64,000 nt of DNA from Limisphaerales bacterium (GCA_046290825.1 JBKBTZ010000003.1:9881-73880); one strand, 5' to 3'; shown: positions 25,229 to 33,521, counted from the stretch's first letter. Numbers and translations are program-made. The notes: generated from the sequence alone by a model not told the origin.

Positions 25229-26503
25229 TCAACGGCCCAAAAGACCGGCCAGTTCCCCCGCCAGTGGCCGACCGGGCCGACCCGCGCACACCACGGCCAG
25301 ATTCAACCGGTCGGGCCGGAAAAAATCCGCCGCCACGCGGCGCACCTCCGCCGCCGTCACCGCCGCGAGTCGGCGTTTCGTCACCGCCGGCGGCACGATG
25401 CGACCATAGCCGAGCAGTTGTTCCCCCAGCAGGTTCATTTGATTCTCCGTGCTCTCCAGGCTGAGGTCCATCTGGCCGATCGCGAAATCCCGCGCCCGCC
25501 GTAATTCGGCGGCCGAGACGGTTTCCTCCGCACAGCGACGCAGCTCGCGACGGATGAGCCGCACGACGCGGGGCAACTGCTCCACATCCAGCCCGGCGGA
25601 AATGACGAGGTCGCCCACGTCCGCATAAAAGGACAGCCCGCTGTAAATGTTGTAGGCCAGGCCGAGGTCTTCGCGGATGCGTTGAAACAGGCGCGAACTC
25701 ATGTTCTCGCCGAGCAGCGCATTGAGCAGGCGCAACGCGAACCGCCGCTCGTCATGCCGCGAACAGGTGCGGATGCCAAGGGCCAGTTGCGCCTGCTCGG
25801 TGTCCTGCGCCACCAGGCGGACGCGCGGCCCGGTCTGCCGGGCGTTCGCGGGCGCAAACGTCGGCGCGGGGCCGGCTGTAAAGCGATTCACCACGGGCCG
25901 GACCGCACGCAAAACGGTGTCATGGGAGAGCGGTCCCGCCACCGCGAGCACCGTGTTGGCGGCGCGGTAGTGCGTGGCCAGAACTCCCAGCAATTCCCGC
26001 CGCCCGATCCGGTTCAGCGACCGCGCTGAGCCGGTGATGCTGCGCCCGAGCGGCTGTCCGGGCCAGGTAAGCGCATTGAGGATTTCCTGCACGTGCTGCG
26101 CGGGCTGGTCGCGATACATGGCAATCTCTTCCTTGATCACCTCGCGCTCCTTGGCCACGTCCGCCGGGGCAAATCGCGATCCCAGCATCATGTCGAGCAA
26201 CACTTCGAGCACGTCCGAAAAATGCCGGTGATGGACGCGGGCGTGAAAGCAGGTGTGCTCCTCGCTGGTGAAGGCGTTCAGGTAGCCGCCCAAACCCTCG
26301 ACCGCCTCCGAAATCTCCCGGGCCGAGCGCCGCTGTGTGCCTTTGAACAGCATGTGCTCGATGAAGTGGCAGGCGCCGTTCAGTTCCGCCGGCTCGTAAC
26401 GCGAGCCGGTGCCGACCCAAAGCCCCAGGCTTACGCCTGCCATTTCTGGCAGCGTGGCGGTGGCAACGCGCAGGCCATTGGGCAGGCTGGTGAGGCGATA
26501 CAT
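25229..26503 (-). CDS. M16 family (insulinase-like) zinc peptidase
   Basis: HFIEHMLFKG (HxxEH). I prefer ATG 26503 (MYRLTSLPNGLRV). The ORF track start at 26536 lies inside the AAGATT repeat. Confidence 0.85.
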   Translation of the reverse strand: MYRLTSLPNGLRVATATLPEMAGVSLGLWVGTGSRYEPAELNGACHFIEHMLFKGTQRRSAREISEAVEGLGGYLNAFTSEEHTCFHARVHHRHFSDVLEVLLDMMLGSRFAPADVAKEREVIKEEIAMYRDQPAQHVQEILNALTWPGQPLGRSITGSARSLNRIGRRELLGVLATHYRAANTVLAVAGPLSHDTVLRAVRPVVNRFTAGPAPTFAPANARQTGPRVRLVAQDTEQAQLALGIRTCSRHDERRFALRLLNALLGENMSSRLFQRIREDLGLAYNIYSGLSFYADVGDLVISAGLDVEQLPRVVRLIRRELRRCAEETVSAAELRRARDFAIGQMDLSLESTENQMNLLGEQLLGYGRIVPPAVTKRRLAAVTAAEVRRVAADFFRPDRLNLAVVCAGRPGRPLAGELAGLLGR

Positions 26504-26514
26504 CGTTTGGCTCT

Positions 26515-26595
26515 GAATCGTAATCTTACTCTTCATCTTAAGCTCCCCCGACCGGTGGCGGGATTAAGATTAAGATTATGAGCAAGATTATGAGA
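26515..26595. repeat. second AAGATT-hexamer palindrome (family A)
   Basis: Left arm GAATCGTAATCTTACTCTTCATCTTAAG. Right arm GGGATTAAGATTAAGATTATGAGCAAGATTATGAG. Confidence 0.6.
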
Positions 26596-26603
26596 AGGTG
26601 GCG

Positions 26604-27305
26604 TCAGCGGAACGCGCTCGGCACGATGTCCGGCGGGCCGACGCGGCGCTCGTAGTCGAGGATGATTTCCACCGCTTCGTCCGCGGTTTCGACCAGCGAA
26701 AACAGGTCAAGGTCTTCCGGGCTGATGAGTTTGCGGCGTTCCACCATTTGCGCCTTCATCCAGGCCAGCAGCCCCAACCAGAACTGGCGCCCGATCAGGA
26801 TCAACGGAAATTGCGGAATGCGGCCGGTCTGCACCAGCGTGGCAATCTCGGCAAACTCATCGAGCGTGCCGAATCCGCCGGGCAGATACACGAAGCCCAT
26901 GCTGTATTTCGCGAAGCACACCTTGCGGGCGAAGAAATAGTGGAAATGCAGCGGGATGTTGGCATAGCGGTTGCCCTTTTGCTCGTGCGGCAGTTCGATG
27001 TTCAACCCCACCGACTTGCCGCGCCCCTTCGCCGCGCCGCGATTGGCCGCCTCCATGATGCCCGGCCCGCCCCCGGTGATGACCGCAATCTTGTGCTTGG
27101 CCAGTTGCCGCCCCAGTTCCACCGCCACCTTGTAGCACGGGTCCGACGGCTTCATCCGCGCCGAGCCAAAGACCGACACCGCCGGACCCACTCGCGACAT
27201 CGTTTCAAATGAATCCACGAACTCCGCCATGATGCGGAAGATGCGCCACGGATCCTCGCGGATGAAGTTGCGGTCGCCGTTGCCAAAGCCATTGTGGTTG
27301 TTCAT
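26604..27305 (-). CDS. LOG family protein (TIGR00730-type nucleotide phosphoribohydrolase)
   Basis: ORF trimmed to ATG 27305 (MNNHNGFG). Motifs GGGPGIMEAANRGA and PGGFGTLDE. Confidence 0.85.
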   Translation of the reverse strand: MNNHNGFGNGDRNFIREDPWRIFRIMAEFVDSFETMSRVGPAVSVFGSARMKPSDPCYKVAVELGRQLAKHKIAVITGGGPGIMEAANRGAAKGRGKSVGLNIELPHEQKGNRYANIPLHFHYFFARKVCFAKYSMGFVYLPGGFGTLDEFAEIATLVQTGRIPQFPLILIGRQFWLGLLAWMKAQMVERRKLISPEDLDLFSLVETADEAVEIILDYERRVGPPDIVPSAFR

Positions 27306-27312
27306 GCGGGCC

Positions 27313-27340
27313 AAGATACCCGCCCGCGCCGGGGCGGCAA
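27313..27340 (-). promoter_or_regulatory. putative promoter of the LOG gene: TTGCCG-16-TATCTT, then 7 nt to ATG
   Basis: Read on the minus strand (plus-strand cggcaa 27335..27340, aagata 27313..27318). Confidence 0.4.
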
Positions 27341-27361
27341 ACCCCAAGTCGGGGGCGCTGA

Positions 27362-27444
27362 GGGAACATCCAACGTCCAAGGACCGCTCGGCTCCACTCG
27401 GATGTTGGATGTTGGATGTTGGATGTTGGTCGTTGGATGTTCCC
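27362..27444. repeat. hairpin with a (GGATGTT)x6 heptamer array (family B)
   Basis: GGGAACATCCAACG (27362..27375) is the perfect reverse complement of CGTTGGATGTTCCC (27431..27444). The array spans 27400..27441. Confidence 0.75.
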
Positions 27445-27526
27445 ATATTCTCCGAGCCGAGACCACCGCCGAGTTGGTCGAGTGGTTGCCCGCCATCCTC
27501 GACCGCGCCTTCAATGGCCATCCAAC

Positions 27527-27555
27527 TTGACAGGGGGCGGCGTCAAACATAGTTT
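27527..27555 (+). promoter_or_regulatory. putative promoter of the abrB-doc operon: TTGACA-17-TAGTTT, then 6 nt to ATG
   Basis: Consensus -35. An inverted repeat TTGAC..GTCAA spans the spacer and could be an operator. Confidence 0.5.
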
Positions 27556-27561
27556 TACACC

Positions 27562-27789
27562 ATGATAAAGACGATTACGAAAATTGGAAATTCACAGGGG
27601 CTGATGTTCGATTCCGCCTTGATGGATTTGGCGCGCCTGCGCGTCGGCGACGAGGTGGCCGTGAGCGTGCATGAGGGCGGTTCGATTGTGTTGACCCCGG
27701 TGCGCCCGGTCATTACGCCCGCCAAGGCCGCAACCACGACAAGGCGGCTGATCAAGAAAAACGCGGAATTATTCCGTCGGCTGGCATGA
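27562..27789 (+). CDS. AbrB/MazE/SpoVT-type antitoxin
   Basis: 75-aa ORF: MIKTITKIGNSQGLMFDSALMDLARLRVGDEV (swapped-hairpin signature). ATGA overlaps doc. Confidence 0.75.
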   Translation: MIKTITKIGNSQGLMFDSALMDLARLRVGDEVAVSVHEGGSIVLTPVRPVITPAKAATTTRRLIKKNAELFRRLA

Positions 27790-28184
27790 GGAGTCCGCTG
27801 GCGCATCTCACGGTGGAGGCGGTGAAGGCGATTCACGCCGAAGTGTTGAACGCACACGGCGGCGACACGGGATTGCGCGAGGAAGCATTGTTGGAATCGG
27901 CCGTGGCCGCGCCGCAAGCGACGATGGCAGGCGAGCCGCTGTTCACGGACCCGGTGGAAATCGCGGCAGCGTATTTGTTTTACTTGTGCCGCAATCACCC
28001 GTTTGTGGACGGCAACAAACGAACGGCGCTGGCAACCTGTCTGGTGTTTTTGAGCGAGAACGATTTGCTGCCGAATGAAAAACTCGACGTGGATGCGTGG
28101 GAATTGTTGATACTGGACGTGGCGGACGGCCAACTTGACCGCGAGCAAACGACCCGGCGGCTGCGAAAGCTGCTGCTGCCATAA
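27786..28184 (+). CDS. doc: Doc (death-on-curing) Fic-family toxin
   Basis: 132-aa ORF with the Fic/Doc motif HPFVDGNKRTA. Confidence 0.85.
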   Translation: MRSPLAHLTVEAVKAIHAEVLNAHGGDTGLREEALLESAVAAPQATMAGEPLFTDPVEIAAAYLFYLCRNHPFVDGNKRTALATCLVFLSENDLLPNEKLDVDAWELLILDVADGQLDREQTTRRLRKLLLP

Positions 28185-28185
28185 C

Positions 28186-28253
28186 GGAATGCGGCGGACT
28201 GCGACCTCTGCGCTTCGATGTCGGGGGTTGGATGTTGGATGTTCCGCCATTCC
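28186..28253. repeat. family B hairpin (GGAATGCGGCGGA ... GGATGTTGGATGTT-CCGCCATTCC) immediately after the doc stop
   Basis: Inverted repeat with a 2-nt bulge. Two GGATGTT units lie at 28230..28243. Confidence 0.6.
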
Positions 28254-28298
28254 TCTAACCCGCCCAAATCCCGACCCGGCGCCGACACTGACCCTATT

Positions 28299-28329
28299 TG
28301 TTGACATATCAACATTCCGGCGCTAAACA
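28299..28329 (+). promoter_or_regulatory. putative marR promoter with an overlapping 16-bp palindromic operator TGTTGA-CATA-TCAACA
   Basis: -35 TTGACA (28301..28306), 17-nt spacer, TAAACA (28324..28329), then 7 nt to ATG 28337. The palindrome 28299..28314 has perfect 6-bp arms. Confidence 0.5.
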
Positions 28330-28336
28330 TTACGTC

Positions 28337-28807
28337 ATGAACACCCGCCGCGCCGCCGACGTTCGTTACGAGGCCCTGCTGCACCTGCTCGCCACCGCCG
28401 ATACCGTCTGGAACGCCAGCCGCCTGTTCTTTGCCCGCTGGGACCTCAGCCCCAGCCAGTTCAATATTCTGAACCTCCTGTGCGGCGAGCCGGAGGGTCT
28501 CGCGCAAATCGAGCTGGGCCGCCGGCTCATCATGCACCGCTCGAACGTCACCGGCCTGGTGGACCGGCTGGAAAAGCGCGGCCTCGTGGTCCGCCGGGAC
28601 GACGCGCACGACCGGCGCGCCTACCGCGTGGTGCTCACCGCTGGCGGCCGTCGGCTGCTGGACGAGATTTACCCGCATTACCGCGCAGCGGCGGAAGCGG
28701 CCTGGGACGGCGTGAAGTCCGCCGTCATCGAACAAACGGTCACCGCCCTCACTCAAGTGGCGCGGAACGCGGAACAAATCGCGACCGCGCGGAAAGGCAC
28801 CGCATGA
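28337..28807 (+). CDS. MarR family transcriptional regulator
   Basis: ORF trimmed to ATG 28337. wHTH region: SPSQFNILNLL..LAQIELGRRLIMHRSNVTGLVDRLEKRGLVVRRDDAHDRRAYRV. Confidence 0.85.
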   Translation: MNTRRAADVRYEALLHLLATADTVWNASRLFFARWDLSPSQFNILNLLCGEPEGLAQIELGRRLIMHRSNVTGLVDRLEKRGLVVRRDDAHDRRAYRVVLTAGGRRLLDEIYPHYRAAAEAAWDGVKSAVIEQTVTALTQVARNAEQIATARKGTA

Positions 28808-30176
28808 ACTCCCCCGCCCCCGTGTCTGCAATCGGATGGAAGGCTCATGCCGCGTGGGCGTTGGTGGCGATTGTTTTCTTTCATCTGGCTCACGGCATCG
28901 GCACGGGTTGGTTGCTGCTGCCCTGCGCCTACGCCCTCATTGAAATAAGCCGGGCGGCCACGCGGCGGCTCGTCTTTTACCCAATGCTGGGCGTGGGCTT
29001 TCTGTTTTACGCGCCGCAACTGGGCTTCTTCTGGAGCATCTTCGGTCCCCCCGCCATCGCCCTTTGGCTGGTGCTGGCGTTCTGGATCGGACTGTTCGGC
29101 CTGTTGTTGCGGCTGGTGCGCCTGCGCTTCGGCAACGGCTGGATGCTCGCGCTGACGCCGTTTGTCTGGACCGGTCTCGAATACTTCCGCAGCGAACTCT
29201 ACTATCTGCGTTTTGGCTGGCTGACGTTTGGCATGGCGGGTTTGGTCCGGGCCTGGCCGCGCTGGGCGTCTTCGGCTGGGGCTTCGCGATCATGGCCGCC
29301 GCCGCCGGGCTGCACGCGCTGCGCAACAGGAAGCCCGGGTTCGCGGTGGCGCTGCTCACCTTGGGGCTGGTGGCCACGAGCGGGCTTTGGTTTCCAACAG
29401 CGGCAAAGGATGAAACCGGCGACGGACTGGCCGTTGCAGGAGTGCAGCTTGAATTCCCCGACGAGGCACAGGTGCTCGCCGGCCTGGACCGCGCCCGCGC
29501 GAGATTTCCCGATGCACAGTTGTTTTTGCTCAGCGAATACACCTTCCAAACGCCGCCGCCACCATCGGTTCTCGCTTGGTGCGCGTCCAACCAGGTGCAT
29601 CTCGTGGTGGGGGGCAAGGAGCCGCTCGGTGAGACCAACTTCCACAACATGGCCTACGTCATCAGCACCAACGGAGCCGTCGTCCATCAGCAGGCCAAGA
29701 GCGTGCCCATTCAGTTTTTCCAGGACGGCCTGCCCGCGCCGGAGCGCAAGGTCTGGGATTCGCCCTGGGGCAAGCTCGGTGTGCTGACCTGCTACGACCT
29801 GAGTTACACGCGCATCGTGGACGACTTTGTGCGGCAGGGTGCCATCGCGCTGCTGAACCCGACGATGGACGTGGTCGAGTGGGGCGAACATGAACATCGG
29901 TTGCACGCCCGCGTTGCGCCAATTCGCGCCGCCGAATACGGCATCCCCATCTTTCGGGTGGCCAGTTCCGGCATTTCGCAACTGGTCACTGCGCGGGGCC
30001 GCGTCGTTACTTCGGCTCCCTTCCCCGGAGAGGGCGAAACCATCGGTGGCCGGCTGCCGCTTAACGCCCAACCGCGCCTGCCACTGGATCGCTGGCTCGC
30101 GCCCGCGTGCGTTGGCATCACAGGACTGGCGCTGGCTCTCAGCCTCCTTCCCGCTCGCAAACGGAACCCATTGTGA
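28804..30176 (+). pseudogene. lnt: apolipoprotein N-acyltransferase-like (polytopic N-terminus plus CN-hydrolase domain) gene interrupted by a -1 frame change near 29239..29245
   Basis: Frame 1 (from ATG 28804, ATGA with marR) reads sensibly up to ..LRFGWLTFGMAG. The frame shifted by -1 continues GFGPGLAALGVFGWGF.. through the E/K/C triad context (LSEYTF, QQAKSVP, VLTCYD) to stop 30176. Confidence 0.7.
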
Positions 30177-30208
30177 ACTCGAAGAAACCCGACAATCCCG
30201 GCAGCCAT

Positions 30209-30390
30209 TTGGACTGCGGTGACCCATCACCGCGTTCCGTGAGCGACCTGTCGCTGTCGAATTGCCGCCGCAGCAGTTTTGGCGGCAGCCTGAACGCGAG
30301 GCGTCAGGCACCTGTCATTAGTCGCGTGTCTGAACGCGGCACTGCTTTGGCGAGCAGTCACCAAAGCAGCCCCTGGTCGTTGCACTCCAA
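30209..30390. repeat. diverged family F element (termini TTGGACTGCGGTGAC.. / ..GCACTCCAA)
   Basis: It shares the terminal inverted repeat and the internal hairpin CTGCTTTGG-N10-CCAAAGCAG with 10030..10223. It is followed by CATCCGTGGTTA, as at 10276..10287. Confidence 0.55.
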
Positions 30391-30435
30391 AATCCAAGTT
30401 TCCTCTTGTCCATCCGTGGTTACTCTCTTCGCAAC

Positions 30436-32601
30436 ATGATTCCCATCCTGCGCCTCCTGCTCCGCTTGTTGTTCGGGTTCCGGGCCTACGGCGCCGACGC
30501 GCTGCGCACGCCCGGCCCGGTGCTGCTGCTGCCCAATCACGTTTCGTGGTGGGACTGGCTGTTCCTCGGCGTGTGCCTCGACAAGGACTGGCGGTTCGTG
30601 ACCTCGGCGACGACGGCCCGGACCAGTTGGATTCACCGCCTCATCATGGTCAACCGTCGCACGTTCCCGGTGGAAAACGATTCGCCCTACGCGGTGAAGC
30701 GCATGGCCGAATACCTGCAAGGCGGCGGACGGCTGGTGCTGTTCCCGGAAGGCCGGCTCTCGCGCACCGGCTCGTTGATGAAACTGTTCGATGGCACCGG
30801 CTTTCTCATCCACAAGACGCGGGCCAGGGTGGTGGTCGGCTATCTGCGCAACGCCAACCAGCTCAAGCCCGCCGTGCATCCCGGGTTCACCCGCTGGTTT
30901 CCGCGTGTCTCGGCGCACTTTACCCCTGCGCTCACCGCGCCCCAGCCCGAGCACGTCAGCACCGCCGTGGCCCGGACGCGCATCACCAACTGGCTGCGGG
31001 ATGAAATGACGCGGCTGCAATTTGAGACCGAAATGGCCTTCGGCCCGACCACCGTGCCCGCCGCCATCGCCGAACGCGTGGCCGAGCGGCCAGGTTTCAA
31101 GGTGCTGGAAGACGTGACCTGGCAGCCGCTCAGCTACCGGCGAATTGCGCTGGGAGCCAAATTGCTCGCCGCCCAGTGGCGGGCACGCCTAAGCGGGGCG
31201 CAGGCAGGGCGGCCTGCGCTACCGTCGGAGCGCATCGGCGTCTTGCTGCCAAACGTCAACGCCCTGCCCGTGACTCTGCTCAGCCTGTGGCGCGCCGGGT
31301 TCACGCCCGCCATCCTCAACTACACCACCGGTCCCGCCGTCATGCTGGCCTGCGCGGAACTGGCGGGGCTGAAACACATCATCACCGCGCGCAACTTCCT
31401 CGCGAAAGCCCGGCTCGACGTGAAACCTCTGGAACAGGCGGGCGTGCAATTCCATTACCTCGAAGACGTCCGCGCGAGCATCGGCGCGGGCACGAAGCTG
31501 GCCGCGCTGGTGGCCAACTGGTTCGCCCCGGCGCGCGGCCTCACCACCCCGCAAACCGCTGACGACACCGCCGTGGTGCTGTTCACCAGCGGTTCCGAAG
31601 GCGTGCCCAAGGGCGTCGAACTTTCCCATCGCAACCTGCTAGCCAACCTCCGGCAAATGTGCGCGGTGTGTGATTTGCAGGACACCGACCGGTTCTTCAC
31701 CGCGCTGCCGTTGTTCCACAGCTTTGGGCTGACGGTCGGCACGCTCCTGCCGCTGGCGCGCGGCGCGCGGGTGTTCTTGTATCCGTCGCCGCTGCACTAC
31801 CGCGTGGTGCCGACGGTGCTCTACGACAAGGACGCGACGGTGTTCCTCGCGACCAACACCTTTCTCGCCGGCTACGCGCGCAAGGCGCATCCCTATGACT
31901 TTCGCAGCCTGCGCTACCTGTTTGCCGGCGCGGAAAAGGTTCAGGAAACGACGGTCCGCCTGTGGAGCGACCGCTTTGGCGTGCGCGTGCTCGAGGGCTA
32001 CGGGGCGACCGAATGCAGCCCGTGCATCAGCGTGAATGTGCCATTGCAACCCCGCCCCGGGAGCGTGGGGCGGCTGCTGCCCGGCATGGAGGGACGCGTG
32101 GAACCCGTTGAGGGCGTGACCGAGGGCGGCCGCCTGTTCGTGCGCGGGCCGAACGTGATGAAGGGCTATCTGAACCCGGAGGCCGACGCGAAGTTCCGGG
32201 CGCTCGGCGGCTGGTATGACACCGGGGACATTGTTCACGTGGATGAGGACGGATTTCTGCACATTCGCGGGCGGCTGAAACGCTTTGCGAAGGTCAGCGG
32301 CGAGATGGTCAGCCTGACCGCGGTCGAAGAGGCGCTGGCTGGCGCGTTCCCGCACTACGGCCTGCGCTTTGCCGCCGCAGTCGTCGCCATGCCCGATGCG
32401 GACAAGGGCGAACGTCTCATCGCCGTCACCAACGAATCCCGGCTGACGCTGGAAGAAGTGCGGAACGCCATCAAGGCCAGGGGCCTGAGCAACCTCGCCG
32501 TGCCGCGCGAAATCAAGGTGGTGCGGGAGATTCCCAAACTCGGCACGGGGAAGGTGAATCATCGCGAACTGGAGCGGGTGATACGGGAGGAAACGGTGTG
32601 A
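30436..32601 (+). CDS. aas: bifunctional 2-acyl-GPE acyltransferase / acyl-ACP synthetase (Aas-like)
   Basis: ORF trimmed to ATG 30436. PlsC-type HX4D motif (NHVSWWD) and FPEGRLSRTG, followed by AMP-binding motifs (LFTSGSEGVPKGV, YGATE, GDIV). Confidence 0.85.
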   Translation: MIPILRLLLRLLFGFRAYGADALRTPGPVLLLPNHVSWWDWLFLGVCLDKDWRFVTSATTARTSWIHRLIMVNRRTFPVENDSPYAVKRMAEYLQGGGRLVLFPEGRLSRTGSLMKLFDGTGFLIHKTRARVVVGYLRNANQLKPAVHPGFTRWFPRVSAHFTPALTAPQPEHVSTAVARTRITNWLRDEMTRLQFETEMAFGPTTVPAAIAERVAERPGFKVLEDVTWQPLSYRRIALGAKLLAAQWRARLSGAQAGRPALPSERIGVLLPNVNALPVTLLSLWRAGFTPAILNYTTGPAVMLACAELAGLKHIITARNFLAKARLDVKPLEQAGVQFHYLEDVRASIGAGTKLAALVANWFAPARGLTTPQTADDTAVVLFTSGSEGVPKGVELSHRNLLANLRQMCAVCDLQDTDRFFTALPLFHSFGLTVGTLLPLARGARVFLYPSPLHYRVVPTVLYDKDATVFLATNTFLAGYARKAHPYDFRSLRYLFAGAEKVQETTVRLWSDRFGVRVLEGYGATECSPCISVNVPLQPRPGSVGRLLPGMEGRVEPVEGVTEGGRLFVRGPNVMKGYLNPEADAKFRALGGWYDTGDIVHVDEDGFLHIRGRLKRFAKVSGEMVSLTAVEEALAGAFPHYGLRFAAAVVAMPDADKGERLIAVTNESRLTLEEVRNAIKARGLSNLAVPREIKVVREIPKLGTGKVNHRELERVIREETV

Positions 32602-32623
32602 TGCGTGATGCGTGATGCGTGAA
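32598..32623. repeat. heptamer array (GATGCGT)x3.5 (family D) starting at the aas stop codon
   Basis: GTGATGCGTGATGCGTGATGCGTGA has TGA at 32599, 32606, 32613 and 32620, which covers all three forward frames. Confidence 0.75.
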
Positions 32624-32645
32624 AAGGGACGAGGAACAACTGCGG

Positions 32646-33440
32646 ATGCGCGTGCATGGCTCTTCTGCCCTGCCCGCGCTGATCTATCTGCCGGGGATTC
32701 ACGGCGACTGGACGCTGGTGGGCAGTTTTCGCGCCGCGCTGGCGGGGCGGGTGCGGTTCATCGAGTTCACCTATCCCCGCCGCCCGGGCTGGTCACTGGA
32801 CGAATACGCGGCAGCCATTGAATCGGCGTTGCGGGACGCGGGCGTGACGTCGGGCTGGGTGCTGGGAGAATCCTTCGGCTCGCAGCCCGCGTGGCAACTG
32901 GTGGCGCGGCAACTGGCGGGAAACGGAGCGCTCTCCATTGAAGGACTGATTCTGGCCGGCGGCTTTGTGAAGCATCCGTGGCCCTGGGGTGCCCGATTTT
33001 TGCGATGGTTGACGGAACGGACGCCGCGCTGGTTGTTGCGCGGAATGTTGGGCGGCCTCGAAAGGCTCGCCGGCTGGCGGCACCGGCACGCGCCGGAGAC
33101 GCGCCGCGACGTTGCCGAGTTCGTCCGCAACCGGCTGCATTCCGATGACCCGGCCGCGTGGTGTCATCGTTACACGTTGATTGCGGGCGCCGACCTGCGC
33201 CCGGTGGCGCGGCAGTTTCGCGGGCCGGTGTTTCAGTTGACCGGCGCGCTGGACCCGATTGTGCCCGCGCCCCTCGTGCGGCGCTGGCTGCGGCGGCATT
33301 GTCCGGGCTTTCGCGGGTCGCGCACGGTTTGGTTCGCCGACCACAACGTCCTCGGCACCGCGCCCGCGGCGTCGGCCGCGATTATTGCCACCTGGATGGC
33401 CGACGCTCACCGACGGGAAGCAGCCGAAGCGCCCGCCTGA
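32646..33440 (+). CDS. alpha/beta hydrolase
   Basis: Nucleophile elbow GESFGS. I prefer ATG 32646 (MRVHGSSALPALIYLPGIHGD). The GTG at 32619 in the ORF track lies inside the repeat. Confidence 0.7.
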   Translation: MRVHGSSALPALIYLPGIHGDWTLVGSFRAALAGRVRFIEFTYPRRPGWSLDEYAAAIESALRDAGVTSGWVLGESFGSQPAWQLVARQLAGNGALSIEGLILAGGFVKHPWPWGARFLRWLTERTPRWLLRGMLGGLERLAGWRHRHAPETRRDVAEFVRNRLHSDDPAAWCHRYTLIAGADLRPVARQFRGPVFQLTGALDPIVPAPLVRRWLRRHCPGFRGSRTVWFADHNVLGTAPAASAAIIATWMADAHRREAAEAPA

Positions 33441-33521
33441 ATGACAAGCCTGGCCGGGGCGAAGCCGTCGCCCGGCGAAGTTCCCCTTTACTCCGCCGTC
33501 GGCGCCTGATTCGCTTCGGGC

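Noticed and set aside
28480-29787. 435-aa ORF taken at face value as an intact gene
   Set aside because: Its first 108 codons overlap marR out of frame. Everything after about 29245 is out-of-frame Arg/Pro/Ser-rich sequence. Only 28804 to about 29245 is genuine coding sequence, and it continues in the -1 frame.
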